From a virus (Duplodnaviria; Caudoviricetes): a stretch of 64,000 bases of DNA. The translations under genes and the position numbers were made by a program. The notes under the pieces were generated by a model that saw only the letters and a program-made list of their open reading frames with translations, searched no databases and had not been told where the DNA came from. Where the stretch lies: the IMG/VR virus record IMGVR_UViG_3300034061_006011; one strand, written 5' to 3'. Position 1 is the first letter of the stretch, and each line of letters begins with the position of its first letter. Shown piece by piece: positions 1 to 10,353 of this stretch.

Positions 1-7
1 ACATAAT

Positions 8-1213
8 CTATTTATTTACCGCATCAAATTGTTTACAAGCATTTAAAAAATCTTCTTCTGCTGTACCTTCAACATTGTCACTTATTCTATTTATATATAT
101 CTTTTCTGCAATATCGTAAACTTCTTTTGGAAGATCAAGAGATAACATGCTAAGACTTTTAGTCAAAGTGTATCCCTGATTTTTAAATTCTGCCAACCTA
201 ATCAATTGATCAAAGTTAACGCCTTTGACATATTTATTCCAAGGTTCAGGTATAAATCTATTGACTGTCTCGGTATTGGGATCAGGAAATTCTCTAACTA
301 TCTTGAATCTTGATGGTCTGTGCTTAAGAGATTCATCTACCTTTTCAATGTCATTTGCTGTCAATATGAAAATAGTTTTATCAAATGAAGTATAAACTCC
401 ATCAAGAGAATTAAGGATTGTATCAAAAGTGAATTTTGGAGCATTAATTCCAATTGATGAATTTTGCATTACACATGTTCTTTTATTAAAATATGAATCA
501 AAATCTTCTAGAATGACAAGAGATCTGGCTGGAATTTGAGAAAACATTACCATCAAGTGAATATTGTCATATTCGGGAGAGAATGTTACATAATATGTTG
601 GTAATTTGTATTTTTCAGAAACATATTTGATAAAGCTTGTCTTTCCATTTCCCGGTTTACCATGAAGGATAAGACCTAATTTCTTATCTTCTTCACTCAT
701 GCAAAGTTCAATTTGTTCTTCAATATCTTTCCACACTTCTTTAGGTTGAATTGGAACAATTGATTTACTTTTAATCTTACCAATATTATCAACATAGTGT
801 GGAGTTAACACATAAACGGGCATTTCTGTTCTGTGGTTGATTGTATAGTCACAAAGATCTCTCAAGAATTTTCTTACTTTGCCATATTGCCATCGCATGA
901 AAGTTATTCTTGTTGTTTGATCTTTACCTTGCCATCCTGCATTAAGAAGTCTTTCGCCATGATTAACTAAGAAAAAAGGTGATTCTTTATATTTGAGAAG
1001 TGCTGAAAATTCTAAAGCTGACCTATTTTCAATTTTTATTTCTTCTGAAAATATTACTTTGAAAGTAGTAACATCAAGAGAACTGTATATGTGTCGGAAT
1101 ATTGCAGGTTCCAGACGCATTTCCATTGTTATTACATATTTGAAAAGTGCCCAGACACTTACAAATGCTGTTCCAAAAGCCAAAACCAATGTAAACAAGT
1201 TTTGTGTAAACAT
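8..1213 (-). CDS. AAA+ ATPase, BCS1-like, with N-terminal hydrophobic anchor
   Basis: Walker A GKPGNGKTS, Walker B ILEDFD, LNSLDG and RPSRF motifs; hydrophobic N-terminus. Confidence 0.8.
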   Translation of the reverse strand: MFTQNLFTLVLAFGTAFVSVWALFKYVITMEMRLEPAIFRHIYSSLDVTTFKVIFSEEIKIENRSALEFSALLKYKESPFFLVNHGERLLNAGWQGKDQTTRITFMRWQYGKVRKFLRDLCDYTINHRTEMPVYVLTPHYVDNIGKIKSKSIVPIQPKEVWKDIEEQIELCMSEEDKKLGLILHGKPGNGKTSFIKYVSEKYKLPTYYVTFSPEYDNIHLMVMFSQIPARSLVILEDFDSYFNKRTCVMQNSSIGINAPKFTFDTILNSLDGVYTSFDKTIFILTANDIEKVDESLKHRPSRFKIVREFPDPNTETVNRFIPEPWNKYVKGVNFDQLIRLAEFKNQGYTLTKSLSMLSLDLPKEVYDIAEKIYINRISDNVEGTAEEDFLNACKQFDAVNK

Positions 1214-1240
1214 ATATTAAATTAGTAACTAATTTAGATT

Positions 1241-1555
1241 ATGAATGAAACCAAACTAAAACAAAAACTTGAATCAAGTCTGCAAAATGATGAGAAATTA
1301 TCAGCTGTAGTTTTAATAACAGTTATATCAATTGCAATTGATATATTCGTTTTCATGTATCAAAACTGCAATACTGCAAAGGGTCTAATTAAAAGATCAG
1401 CAAAGAAACAAGGATTTTTATATCGTAAGTTTTTGAAGACACATGTGTATCCAAAACTTAACGAATCATCTTTGACAGATGAAGAAAAAGAAACATCTAT
1501 TGAAAAAATTAGACAATTGATTTTGAATGATCAATTAGACGAATTTATTCAGTAG
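1241..1555 (+). CDS. hypothetical protein with one hydrophobic segment
   Basis: 104-aa ORF filling the gap; AVVLITVISIAIDIFVFM segment. Confidence 0.5.
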   Translation: MNETKLKQKLESSLQNDEKLSAVVLITVISIAIDIFVFMYQNCNTAKGLIKRSAKKQGFLYRKFLKTHVYPKLNESSLTDEEKETSIEKIRQLILNDQLDEFIQ

Positions 1556-2030
1556 GATCACTTTCGTCTGTTATTTTATAATTAATATCTTTGTCTGCAT
1601 ATTTTGCAGCTAAACTTGTTGCTCTTGCTAGCAAGCCACAAATAAATGTTGGATTGCCACTTGCTTCAAGAGTCATGTTGTTTGGCAAAGAATGATCATA
1701 CATCACAAAAGCAAAACTAATGTTTTCTCTAGTATTTAACTCTTCAATCATTTGTTTAACTGTAACAATTGAAAGATCTGGAATTCCTAAATCGTTTTTT
1801 CCAATAAAATGATTCATGAATTCTTTTAGCTTGTGTCTGTGCAAACAGAATAAAATCTTGTTTTCGTCTGCATGTAATGACAGAAAATTATCTGTACTAT
1901 CAGCAGATTTAGTTATTTTTACAATTAGTTTTTCTTCAGTAACGTAGAAATATAATCTATCAGCATCATATTTGCTGATAACAATTCCATCTACTTTAGA
2001 AAACCATTTAACAAATTCTTGTGTAGTCAT
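1545..2030 (-). CDS. hypothetical protein
   Basis: 161-aa ORF, stop/start overlap with neighbour. Confidence 0.6.
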   Translation of the reverse strand: MTTQEFVKWFSKVDGIVISKYDADRLYFYVTEEKLIVKITKSADSTDNFLSLHADENKILFCLHRHKLKEFMNHFIGKNDLGIPDLSIVTVKQMIEELNTRENISFAFVMYDHSLPNNMTLEASGNPTFICGLLARATSLAAKYADKDINYKITDESDPTE

Positions 2031-2668
2031 GTTGGAATTTCAAAACCTAATATAGTACCTTCAAAATCACAAGCCATTGAAGGGTTGCTACTATTATAGT
2101 AAATTACTTTTATTGTTATTACATCTGATGCAGATAATTCAAATGGAGGGATATTAAAGTATAAAAATCCATCTAAGTTTGTAGCAGTTGTTCTTAATGA
2201 ATAAAAAGTTGTAGCATTTACATTTACTGTATATTTTGCTGCTACATCACCACTTACTTTAATTCCAAGGAAAACAAATAATGTAGAAGATGGAACAGTA
2301 TAAGTAGTTACTGTTGTTAAACTATTAGGATTTACCGATGGCGCAGAATCAAATTCATTAACTGGATTATCAAAAGCTCTTATTGAATTTTTAATAACAA
2401 GACCGTACTCATCACCAATTAAATTTGCATTTTTAACCGATGTTATTTCTTCTAAATTTTGCCCAGTTACTACCGTTCTTGCTCTTCTTCTGTATACAGG
2501 CGCACCGGGAGCTAATGGGTATGGATTAGATACTGGAGCAACATCACCGTAATCTACGGCTGTTTCGTCCATTATCGAACCAGATTCACCAATATTAAGC
2601 GATGTGTAGTTATTTGGATCTATAGGCATGAATATATCTATTAAAGTTGTGGTCTTTTTATCAACCAA
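2027..2668 (-). CDS. hypothetical beta-rich protein, possibly virion structural
   Basis: 213-aa T/V/S/N-rich ORF. Confidence 0.5.
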   Translation of the reverse strand: MVDKKTTTLIDIFMPIDPNNYTSLNIGESGSIMDETAVDYGDVAPVSNPYPLAPGAPVYRRRARTVVTGQNLEEITSVKNANLIGDEYGLVIKNSIRAFDNPVNEFDSAPSVNPNSLTTVTTYTVPSSTLFVFLGIKVSGDVAAKYTVNVNATTFYSLRTTATNLDGFLYFNIPPFELSASDVITIKVIYYNSSNPSMACDFEGTILGFEIPT

Positions 2669-2684
2669 CGACTAAATAGTTTTA

Positions 2685-2909
2685 ATGTTTTCATTTAAAG
2701 AATTTTTAAACCTGCAAGAAATAGCCTCAGATTCATGGCTAACACCACCTCTTGAACCAACAAGTGGTTATATTGGTGTCTATGGTGGTCCGATTGAAGG
2801 CATTCACAGAAAAAATGAGGAGCCAATTGGATCAATGAAAACAAGACTTGACCCAGTTATGGCTCCTTCTAAAAGAATACGTCATAGCAAAAAGATGAAG
2901 AAGATTTAA
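2685..2909 (+). CDS. small protein with capsid-targeting-like N-terminus (MFSFKEFLNLQE)
   Basis: CTAAATAG late-promoter-like box just upstream; tag motif. Confidence 0.55.
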   Translation: MFSFKEFLNLQEIASDSWLTPPLEPTSGYIGVYGGPIEGIHRKNEEPIGSMKTRLDPVMAPSKRIRHSKKMKKI

Positions 2910-3133
2910 TAGTGTCCGTATCTGTCTTCAAAACCATCATCATCTAATAAATCAGAATCATCACACTCATGTTGTCTGTACCATTCATCTTCTGGATCTT
3001 CTTCTGGTTCGTCATTGTCATGTAGACTGTGCCACTTATCTTCGTCATCTGGTTCTTCATTATCATTTGTGGACGAAAATAATTCATCCACAAATTCTTC
3101 ATCATCATAATCAACATAATCATCGTCATGCAT
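2906..3133 (-). CDS. very acidic low-complexity small protein
   Basis: 75 aa, about half D/E. Confidence 0.55.
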   Translation of the reverse strand: MHDDDYVDYDDEEFVDELFSSTNDNEEPDDEDKWHSLHDNDEPEEDPEDEWYRQHECDDSDLLDDDGFEDRYGHY

Positions 3134-3145
3134 GACTGTCTCCTG

Positions 3146-4681
3146 TTATCGTGAGCATGCGCTAGATCTTGTTTCAGCACACTTAATAACATAGTTTGGA
3201 GAGCAATAATTCTTAACAGGTGCTTCTACTTTCTTTTCAATTTCAGGACAGCCATAAGGACCACCACATCCACAACCACTGATTCTGTACTTCCAACATT
3301 TGCCGTATTCTGGCTGACCCGGAATTAAACAATTATCTTTAAATCCATCACAACGAACCATAATCCTCTTAAGAAGACCATCATCTGCAACTTTCCATGT
3401 GTTGTCAATTAAATCATTCTTCAAAATATACTTAGCAGCTTCCTGACCACATTTAATTGAATCATCCATGTCAGATAACATCATTCCTGAAAATCCCATC
3501 GCATCATCAACAAGATCATCAACAGGAAGTCTAATCTTCAAGTTTTTATATTTTTCATTAGTAATTTCAAGCAAATCATCAACTCTAACTTGATGCTCAT
3601 ATCTCATCATTGTGAAATTGAATTCTTTTTCTTCATTAATTTTCAACTTGTTCTTATTCTCATGCATATTCATCTTTGCAGAACCAACCATCATGTTCTT
3701 GCTAACAAATACATTCTGCGCTATTGTTGCCAATTCTGGATTGATTGTCTTACCAATATCAACAAAAACTTTAGCAAAAGCAGCATAGAACTTTGGTGTT
3801 GATGGCACAAGCTTGATACATTTGAATAAAGAATCTCTCACAAAATCTCTTGCCATCTTCAAAGATGCAACATTCTTGCCTTTAGCAGTATAAATTTCTG
3901 CAAATATTCGGTACAAAGCTCCACTCATAACCCTTGAAAAGTCATGTGGTTCTTTGCTTAACTTGCTTGGATCATTGTTATTATCTGGCAATGTTGCTGG
4001 ATCAACATAAATCAAATCATTGTCAACATTTCTTAAATAACCATTCATACCCAATCCATTGCCAAATTGTTCAGCTAATTTACTTATAATACTGCTTTGG
4101 AACAAATCACCTTTTGTTTCTGATAACATAAAATTTATCATGGTATCATGATGTAATGATGCCAAGAAAGCAAACACATCACCAAAAGCTTCATGAAAAG
4201 CCCAGATTTCCATACTGCCAACAGACCAAAAGTCTGGTCTATTATAATCTAAAACTGCATGACCTAATTCATGTGTGATAATCTCAGCAGACAATGCAGT
4301 AAATATTTTCTTGCCAGCTCCCATAAACCAAAAGAATTTAAGATTGGTTCTGTCGTAATAAGCATTAGGCATCTGCCCAGCACTTGGATAGATCGATAAA
4401 GTTTTTACCTTAGACCAGTTTGCTATTTTATTTGGTGAATAAGAATTGTAAAAATTATTCATGGCGAAATTTAATACGCCATTTACATTTGAAGCCAAAC
4501 CACCAGTAGTGGTAAAGTTTTCATTTGGCGCTGTATAACCAACCACGTTAAATAACTTACTTGGTGTAAATGTTACTGTTTCTACCAAATCTGGTGTTGT
4601 AGGATCATTTAAATAATATTTGATTGTTTGTTTTGCTACTTTAGCTCGAACTTGATTTATTAATTTTTTCTTTCTTGCCAT
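3146..4681 (-). CDS. zinc metallopeptidase, M4/M36-like, Cys-rich C-terminus
   Basis: NAYYD, HELGH (HExxH), HEAFGD third-ligand motif; GGAG RBS. Confidence 0.8.
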   Translation of the reverse strand: MARKKKLINQVRAKVAKQTIKYYLNDPTTPDLVETVTFTPSKLFNVVGYTAPNENFTTTGGLASNVNGVLNFAMNNFYNSYSPNKIANWSKVKTLSIYPSAGQMPNAYYDRTNLKFFWFMGAGKKIFTALSAEIITHELGHAVLDYNRPDFWSVGSMEIWAFHEAFGDVFAFLASLHHDTMINFMLSETKGDLFQSSIISKLAEQFGNGLGMNGYLRNVDNDLIYVDPATLPDNNNDPSKLSKEPHDFSRVMSGALYRIFAEIYTAKGKNVASLKMARDFVRDSLFKCIKLVPSTPKFYAAFAKVFVDIGKTINPELATIAQNVFVSKNMMVGSAKMNMHENKNKLKINEEKEFNFTMMRYEHQVRVDDLLEITNEKYKNLKIRLPVDDLVDDAMGFSGMMLSDMDDSIKCGQEAAKYILKNDLIDNTWKVADDGLLKRIMVRCDGFKDNCLIPGQPEYGKCWKYRISGCGCGGPYGCPEIEKKVEAPVKNYCSPNYVIKCAETRSSACSR

Positions 4682-4724
4682 GATAGCTCCTTGAAAAAAA
4701 TGTTGCTATTACTTAATTATATAT

Positions 4725-5240
4725 GTGAGAAGCATTGAAGAAAAAATTATTGAGTTGAGACTCGCTGAAGCTGTCCAAAAAGACTTCTTCGGTCAATCTA
4801 GTATATTACACACAATTGTTAAATCGCTTGGTTCAGAAATAATACAAGATAATTTTCCAAATAGCACTTTAGACTTCATGAATGACGATTACCTTGAAGA
4901 AAAAGTAAGAGAATTTGATATAAATCATACAAGTACTATAATTGGATATCACTTTGATGGTCTAAGAATGGGATTTTCTCTTGAAATACTTTATAAAGAA
5001 AATTATGGTAGTTTAAAAGTTATTTGGCAAAATAGAACTGTTTATGAAGAATGTGACGGAGAATTAATTTCTTATAACCCATTGAATGAATGGGAAGATA
5101 AAATAAATCAGCTTTATAAAAAAGCTGAAATTAAAATTAAAAATATTGCAGCAAGTCAAGAAGAATTGCTGCAATCTCAAGCTAAAAAAGAAGAAGACAA
5201 AGAAATCAAAAGACTAAGAGAGAAGTGGGGCATCAATTAG
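4725..5240 (+). CDS. hypothetical protein
   Basis: 171-aa ORF. Confidence 0.6.
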   Translation: MRSIEEKIIELRLAEAVQKDFFGQSSILHTIVKSLGSEIIQDNFPNSTLDFMNDDYLEEKVREFDINHTSTIIGYHFDGLRMGFSLEILYKENYGSLKVIWQNRTVYEECDGELISYNPLNEWEDKINQLYKKAEIKIKNIAASQEELLQSQAKKEEDKEIKRLREKWGIN

Positions 5241-6061
5241 GGAGGCGTGATTAAATCACCACTTGCAATAATATGTGGAATCTCACATATTCCAATTAAG
5301 CTTGAGCCAGTATATTGATAGGTAGTCTTGAATGCAGCATCACCTTCAGAAGCACCAGCAGGATATTTTATTTCGGCAGAAATAAGTCCGCTTGTATAAA
5401 CCTTCTTGGTGAACATATACTGATCATTACAACCCTTAAGAAGCTGCCAATCTGCACTTGGGGAAGATGAATTAAATCCAGCAGCATTTATGTAACCAGC
5501 TTCAATTGTATTGCTTGTGTCTAATAAAATAACTCTTTCTGATCCAAGATTAGTAAAATCAAATCTTTTAGCAATATCATATCTTTCAAAATAAGTTGGT
5601 AATTCTTGAATTGGTGCAAATTTATTGAATTGAATAAACCCTTCTGCACTTGAATTTACAACATGCGCCTTGAAATTAGACTTCGGCTTCTTAGACTTAA
5701 TAAGAACTTTATTGCCAGTTACACCAATAATGTTTGTCTTGAAAACAGATGCTGTAAAGAATGTGGAAAATAAATTGTCGGCATTTAATGCAGTTACAAC
5801 TTCAGCAGCAGTAGTTGCAGAAGCAGTACTACCAGATATATCAACAGTAACATTCGCATAATTGACTTGTTCAACATCATAACAAAAAGATATTGTCAAA
5901 TCAGTTTCAGATGAAAAATCATATGGCTCAGTGTTTCCACTAAGAATATAATCTGATCTGTTAGTATTCGCTTTAATTTTGAACGTCTGCTGATATTGTC
6001 TATCAGCAGATAACAAACTACCACGAAATTCAAAATCGTAAACATTCATGAAAAAAGGCAT
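5237..6061 (-). CDS. hypothetical protein, possibly virion structural
   Basis: 274-aa S/T/A-rich ORF. Confidence 0.55.
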   Translation of the reverse strand: MPFFMNVYDFEFRGSLLSADRQYQQTFKIKANTNRSDYILSGNTEPYDFSSETDLTISFCYDVEQVNYANVTVDISGSTASATTAAEVVTALNADNLFSTFFTASVFKTNIIGVTGNKVLIKSKKPKSNFKAHVVNSSAEGFIQFNKFAPIQELPTYFERYDIAKRFDFTNLGSERVILLDTSNTIEAGYINAAGFNSSSPSADWQLLKGCNDQYMFTKKVYTSGLISAEIKYPAGASEGDAAFKTTYQYTGSSLIGICEIPHIIASGDLITPP

Positions 6062-6071
6062 AGTTTTTTCC

Positions 6072-6518
6072 TCAATAGCTTAATAGTCTCTTATATCTAT
6101 CTACATCGCTGCGACTTTTTTCTATTTGTTTTTCATAAAAAACTTCTAACCACTTCCTAGTAACTGGATCTTCTTCTTTTTCAATTTCACTAATTCTAGT
6201 CACATAATTCTCTACAACTTCTTCTTCCATATGTAATGCATATTTCAAAGCATACTCAGTATTAAGATTAACATCAAATGGTTCAAAACCTTTTGCGTCA
6301 TTATCAAGTAAAGTACCGCCAACACCAACAATCATATCTTGAAATTCCTTTACATGCTTCATTTCTTCAGCAGCTTCTTCCGTGAAAATTTCTTCAACTT
6401 CTATTGAATCTAATCCTTGTACTGTACTTGCATTGGTCAAATAAAACATCATATGTTTGCGCTCATTACGCAAATCCATATACAATTTTTTCAAAAGCTC
6501 TTTGCTAACAGCTGGCAT
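6072..6518 (-). CDS. ferritin-like (bacterioferritin-type) di-iron protein
   Basis: EEMKH, MEEEVV and EKQIE helices with ExxH-type ligands; start moved to 6518 after GGAGG. Confidence 0.75.
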   Translation of the reverse strand: MPAVSKELLKKLYMDLRNERKHMMFYLTNASTVQGLDSIEVEEIFTEEAAEEMKHVKEFQDMIVGVGGTLLDNDAKGFEPFDVNLNTEYALKYALHMEEEVVENYVTRISEIEKEEDPVTRKWLEVFYEKQIEKSRSDVDRYKRLLSY

Positions 6519-6605
6519 ATTAAATCCCTCCATAAACATAAAATAGTATTGGAAAATAATCTTAAGATAAGGCAATTTTCAAAAAATGACTATATATTTA
6601 TATAG

Positions 6606-8372
6606 ATGGATAATTGGAAGAAAAAATACAAGTCTTTAAAAGACTACTATTTAAATCAATATGACTCAGAATTCTATTCAATAGATAACTATCAATTGGA
6701 AATTGATCCAAATGAAACTATTGATGATGTTTCTGCTTATAATCAACAAAGACAAGAAGAAGAAACATATAAATGCATGCAATCTTTTTCTTATTTTTGC
6801 CATAAATATATCAGAATTTTGCATCCAACAAAAGGCTTAGTGCCATTTATAATTTTCAAATACCAGCAAAGAGTAATTGATGATTATGAAAACCATAGAT
6901 TTAATATTATCTCAAAATTCCGTCAGGGTGGTTTAACAACAGTAACATTGCTTCACGGACTTTATAAAGCATTATTCACACTCGATTTTTCAATGATGCT
7001 TATATCAAAGTCTGACCGTGAAGCTGTAGAAGCTGGATACATCGTCGATAGAGCTATTGAACATTTACCAGAATGGCTTAAACCTAAAAAAGATGGTAAG
7101 TGGAATGACCACCTTAAACAAATTACTGAAACAGGTGGTAGCCTTAGATTTTATTCGCCAGAAGCCGCCCGTGGAAAGTCTGTGGCATTCATTTGTATAG
7201 ATGAAGCAGCATTCTTACCTAATATGGAAACGGACTGGAGAGCTTTGTATCCAGTTCTTTCAACAGGTGGTAAATGTTCAATTATTTCTACAGTCAACGG
7301 TACAGGTAACTATTATTACGAATTATATACAGGAGCAAAAGAAGGTAGAAACAAATTTAATATTATTGATATTGACTATCACGAACATCCTTTCTATAAT
7401 TCGAAAGTAAATCCAGAATGGGCAGATGAACAAAGAGCACAGCTTGGCGAAAAAGGTTTCTTACAGGAAATTCTTAGAGTATTCCTTGGATCTGGTGACA
7501 CATATATTCCCGGTAAAGAATTAGCAAGACTTGATGAAGAAGTAAAAAATGGTTTTCCTAAAAGGAAACTTTTTGCAAAATATCAAAATAAAACTAAAAA
7601 CGATGATCCAGATATGAAAGAAGAAAATAAAGGAGCATTGTGGATTTGGAAAGAACCAGCACCAGCAAAAGAATATATATTCGGTATAGATTGCTCAGAA
7701 GGAGTAATGGCTGATAACTCTTGTATTCAAATTGTAGATACAGAATCAAGAGAACAAGTTGCTGAATTTTATTCCAACAACATAACACCTTATGAATTTG
7801 CACAAGTAGTTTATGAATTGGCAATTTTATATAACAATGCTTTGCTAGTGATAGAAGATATGGCTGCTGGCATGTCAGTAATTAACACTTTGCAAAATGA
7901 GCTTTATTATGATAATTTTTATTATCACAATCCAGATTCAAGAAATGCTAGAATTGGAATTAAAACAACTGTCTCTACAAGACCGTTGATATTGACAAGC
8001 TTTCAAACAGCAATTTTGCAAAAATCATTAAAAGTAAATTCTGTAAGACTATTGCATGAAATGAAAACATTTGAATACAATAATACAACTAAAAAACCAG
8101 AAGCTCATAAAGGTAAACATGATGATGCAATTATGGCTTTGGCTTTATGTTTGTATGTCCTGTCAACTCAAAACAAATCTCAACCAGCAGGATATGATGG
8201 TAAAAAAGCTAAAGCATCAATACTGCTAGAAGATATAAAAAAAGAAATCAGCGAAAATATGAAAGCGAATTTTAAGTCAAAATTTAAACCAAAAGAAGAT
8301 AATAAAGATTATTCAGAAATGATTGCACTATATCGACCAAAAAATACACTCTTAAATGAGTTTGGGTGGTGA
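6606..8372 (+). CDS. terL: terminase large subunit (T4 gp17-like)
   Basis: KFRQGGLTT Walker A variant, ICIDEAAF Walker B, IISTVNG coupling motif, RNase H-like nuclease GIDCSEG...HDDAIMA. Confidence 0.93.
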   Translation: MDNWKKKYKSLKDYYLNQYDSEFYSIDNYQLEIDPNETIDDVSAYNQQRQEEETYKCMQSFSYFCHKYIRILHPTKGLVPFIIFKYQQRVIDDYENHRFNIISKFRQGGLTTVTLLHGLYKALFTLDFSMMLISKSDREAVEAGYIVDRAIEHLPEWLKPKKDGKWNDHLKQITETGGSLRFYSPEAARGKSVAFICIDEAAFLPNMETDWRALYPVLSTGGKCSIISTVNGTGNYYYELYTGAKEGRNKFNIIDIDYHEHPFYNSKVNPEWADEQRAQLGEKGFLQEILRVFLGSGDTYIPGKELARLDEEVKNGFPKRKLFAKYQNKTKNDDPDMKEENKGALWIWKEPAPAKEYIFGIDCSEGVMADNSCIQIVDTESREQVAEFYSNNITPYEFAQVVYELAILYNNALLVIEDMAAGMSVINTLQNELYYDNFYYHNPDSRNARIGIKTTVSTRPLILTSFQTAILQKSLKVNSVRLLHEMKTFEYNNTTKKPEAHKGKHDDAIMALALCLYVLSTQNKSQPAGYDGKKAKASILLEDIKKEISENMKANFKSKFKPKEDNKDYSEMIALYRPKNTLLNEFGW

Positions 8373-8381
8373 GAAAAATAT

Positions 8382-8410
8382 TTGACATATTTTTTTGTTC
8401 ATGCTAGAAT
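8382..8410 (+). promoter_or_regulatory. sigma70-type promoter giving a leaderless transcript
   Basis: TTGACA-N17-TAGAAT, ATG 7 nt after the -10 box, no RBS. Confidence 0.7.
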
Positions 8411-8416
8411 ATCATC

Positions 8417-9121
8417 ATGAGAACCAATCATATAAAACGTGGCACTGTTCGTGAAGACGGTAAAGTATTTTGGGTTTACCGAAAAGGTAAAGAAGTTTGG
8501 GCAACAAAAGAACAATATGACAAAAGAGAGAATACAAGAAAAGCATATGTTCGTATGTGCCAACAAGAATATAGAAAATCACAAGCGAAAAAATTACCAC
8601 ATGAAAGAAATTATCTCGGTAAATATGATTGTTCCAAAAATTTATACTTCATTAGTATTTCTACCGCAGGTAAAGAAGTATGGGGAACCAAATTCCAACT
8701 TGAAAAACATAGAAAAAGACTGAACGATAGAAGAAAGGACATGACCAAAAGACTTAAAGAACTTCAAACTAATCTTAAATTTGGTGATCCCAATCCAAAT
8801 AACCCAAAAGAATTTGTTTGCTTCTTTATTGGTAAAAAACCATATTTTGGATCTGCCAAAAGATTGGAAGAAAGGAAAAAAAGCAGAGCAATATCTTACA
8901 GGAAATTAGACATGTTTTATAGAACGAAAAGAAAACTTGTATTGCAGTCTTTGGAAAAAAGAATTCGTAGAGGAACTGTTAATGAAGAAACAGGTTTGGT
9001 ATTCTGGGAATATAATGAAGCAGGTAAAGAAAAATGGTTTTCAAAAGAAGAATTTAAATTAAGACATGAAAAAGAAAAAGTAAGAAGAAATAAATATAGA
9101 AAGAAATCAGTAGACGCTTAA
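8417..9121 (+). CDS. basic protein with repeated RGTV-x-E-x(1,2)-G-x-VFW-x-Y...GKE-x-W modules
   Basis: module at both ends of the protein plus a degenerate internal copy. Confidence 0.7.
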   Translation: MRTNHIKRGTVREDGKVFWVYRKGKEVWATKEQYDKRENTRKAYVRMCQQEYRKSQAKKLPHERNYLGKYDCSKNLYFISISTAGKEVWGTKFQLEKHRKRLNDRRKDMTKRLKELQTNLKFGDPNPNNPKEFVCFFIGKKPYFGSAKRLEERKKSRAISYRKLDMFYRTKRKLVLQSLEKRIRRGTVNEETGLVFWEYNEAGKEKWFSKEEFKLRHEKEKVRRNKYRKKSVDA

Positions 9122-9167
9122 TCCTCGACCTTGTGTAAAGAAAGCCGAGGATTCAGCTTATAAACAT

Positions 9168-9593
9168 TTATCCAAAATATCCTTTATTTTTCAAGTTATC
9201 AATGATAATATCCAGATTTGGGACAAGATTTAATTTTTTGCAATCTTCATAATCACACCATTCGTATTTATCATGTTCAAAATTCAATCTTATTTTTGGA
9301 TTATCTACAACTGTTGCATGGACAAAATTAACATAATCATCTTCAACTCTTGTTTGAACCTTTTTTAATTCATATGGAGGAATATCAAGTCCTATTTCTT
9401 CTATCATTTCTCTTGATGCAGCATCTTCTGGAGTTTCTCCCTCTTCAACACCACCACCAGTAAGACAATAATATAAAGGCATCCATGGAGCAGTACTGCT
9501 TCTTCTTAACAATAATAATTTATTATTGTTAAAAACCGCTACTGTCGCAGACTTGGGCAATCTTCCTTTTAAAAAATCCTGAAAACTTTTCAT
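9168..9593 (-). CDS. Nudix hydrolase
   Basis: Nudix box GGGVEEGETPEDAASREMIEEIG; tag-like start MKSFQDFL. Confidence 0.9.
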   Translation of the reverse strand: MKSFQDFLKGRLPKSATVAVFNNNKLLLLRRSSTAPWMPLYYCLTGGGVEEGETPEDAASREMIEEIGLDIPPYELKKVQTRVEDDYVNFVHATVVDNPKIRLNFEHDKYEWCDYEDCKKLNLVPNLDIIIDNLKNKGYFG

Positions 9594-9691
9594 TTTTTTT
9601 CCTCTTTATTAACTTCATTTTTAACTTCTTTTTTAATCTTCCTGCTTTTACTTTTTGTTTTTGATTTTTTTGAAGGTCTTCCACAACACAT
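9590..9691 (-). CDS. 33-aa basic peptide (MCCGRPSKK...), not in ORF track
   Basis: GGAG RBS, ATGA overlap with Nudix start. Confidence 0.5.
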   Translation of the reverse strand: MCCGRPSKKSKTKSKSRKIKKEVKNEVNKEEKK

Positions 9692-9708
9692 TTTTGACTC
9701 CTATCTTA

Positions 9709-10353
9709 TTACGAGGATATGATTTTCTTCATTATCAAACAATCACCATTAACAATATCTTCTTTTTGACAATATTGAAGAAGAAAATTAATTGCTTTTC
9801 TTGTAGTAACATGTGAATCAACTTCATGCCAATGTATGTCATCAAAAAATATATAACCTCCAATTTTTACTTTTGAGAAATACAATGTTGCATCTTTATA
9901 AGCTAATAATTCTGAATGATTCCCATCAATATGCAATAAATCAATACTATCATCCTCAAATTGATTATAAACATTTTCTGCTTTATCTTTAATGATTTTG
10001 CTTACACCTTTGATATCAAATTTTTCTAAGTTAGCAAGAAAGTGTCTGTATACATAATCGATATCTAACTTGCTCCACCAATCAACATTTGCTTCATCTT
10101 GCATTTCTTCTAAAGCTGATTCATTAGACCAAGGATCAATACCTACTATTTCTCCTTTACCGTTTTCTTTAATTGCAAGAGCTTGTGGAATAAAAGAAGA
10201 ACCACCGAAAACGCCAATCTCTACGCACAAATCGGGTTTAATATCAGCTATGCAGTTGACAAGTTTAGTAGCTTTTTCTAAGCTACACCATCCCTCAATA
10301 GATTTTAAATTTTCCTGTACAATATCAATTACATTTTGCATTACCATCTCCAT
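9709..10353 (-). CDS. class I SAM-dependent methyltransferase (Methyltransf_24-like)
   Basis: VEIGVFGGSS, GIDPW, IDLLHIDGNH, GGYIFFDD. Confidence 0.85.
   Translation of the reverse strand: MEMVMQNVIDIVQENLKSIEGWCSLEKATKLVNCIADIKPDLCVEIGVFGGSSFIPQALAIKENGKGEIVGIDPWSNESALEEMQDEANVDWWSKLDIDYVYRHFLANLEKFDIKGVSKIIKDKAENVYNQFEDDSIDLLHIDGNHSELLAYKDATLYFSKVKIGGYIFFDDIHWHEVDSHVTTRKAINFLLQYCQKEDIVNGDCLIMKKIISS

Noticed and set aside
2906-3133. Ocr-like DNA mimic
   Set aside because: Acidic but low-complexity and probably disordered. Nothing beyond composition supports it.
6900-6950. Inactive terminase because Walker A lacks GKT
   Set aside because: K-x-R-Q-x-G-x-T-T with the Lys at the start of the loop is a known deviant Walker A of phage terminases, and the other motifs are intact.
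8417-9121. HNH homing endonuclease next to terL
   Set aside because: No HNH, GIY-YIG or LAGLIDADG catalytic motif was seen; only repeated basic modules.
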